NCBI GenBank assembly: GCA_963715935.1
Contig: CAVQSM010000006.1
Location: 19,314 to 83,313, forward strand
Source: an uncultured Chloroflexia bacterium
GTDB lineage: Bacteria; Chloroflexota; Anaerolineae; Promineifilales; Promineifilaceae
DNA: 64,000 bases
Direction of reading: 5' to 3'
The notes beneath the pieces were generated by a model that ran no database searches, was not told the origin of the DNA, and saw only the letters and a list, made by a program, of their open reading frames with translations. Positions 63,787-64,000 of this stretch are shown in pieces. Both the position numbers and the translations under genes were made by a program. Positions within the stretch are counted from its first letter, which is position 1, and every line of letters starts with the position of its first letter.

Positions 63787-64000
63787 GTCGCCAGCTCAGG
63801 GTTTGCATGGCAGCCTGCTTTTGCTGCAATGGGCAGCGGCACGAGTTGTGGCAGCCCAACGGGGAAGTGTGTCGGATGTCACAATGGCTGAAACTGAGGG
63901 TCGCTTTTTGGGCCTATTTCACACTCAATGAAACTGCTGTTTCACTTGTGGATGAGATTTCCCTACTTTGAGCAGTCGATATGTCACTCGTAGTTGGAAT

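Overview
GC-rich bacterial accessory region with about 50 mostly unrelated genes. It probably comes from a Chloroflexota (Anaerolineae/Ardenticatenia-like) genome, inferred from gene content, REP-like palindromes and xLPxV sorting-type motifs. Many genes are broken by single-base indels, which looks like long-read consensus error, so the frameshifted genes below are merged and not called pseudogenes. No rRNA, tRNA, CRISPR array, transposase or integrase is visible. The main structural signal is four small gene cassettes (about 0.7-4.7 kb), each bracketed by an imperfect direct repeat of 68-210 bp. In three cases the repeat is the 3' end of the neighbouring host gene, and in the two that can be read codon by codon the copies differ mainly at synonymous sites. 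In the fourth case the repeat is a divergent promoter region. The cargoes are a DUF433/DUF5615 toxin-antitoxin pair, a DarT/NADAR toxin-antitoxin pair, a secreted HEXXH protein, and a BTAD-ATPase regulator paired with an exported protein that carries eight F/Y-x-x-x-x-Y-W/Y-x-M-A cores. Other highlights are an NDQ-motif (KR2-like) Na+-pumping rhodopsin with a CarH/LitR-like operator, an NLR-like NB-ARC-TPR protein with about 12 near-identical 120-bp repeats, and several candidate regulator binding sites. Family names come from motif recognition and recall, not from a database search.
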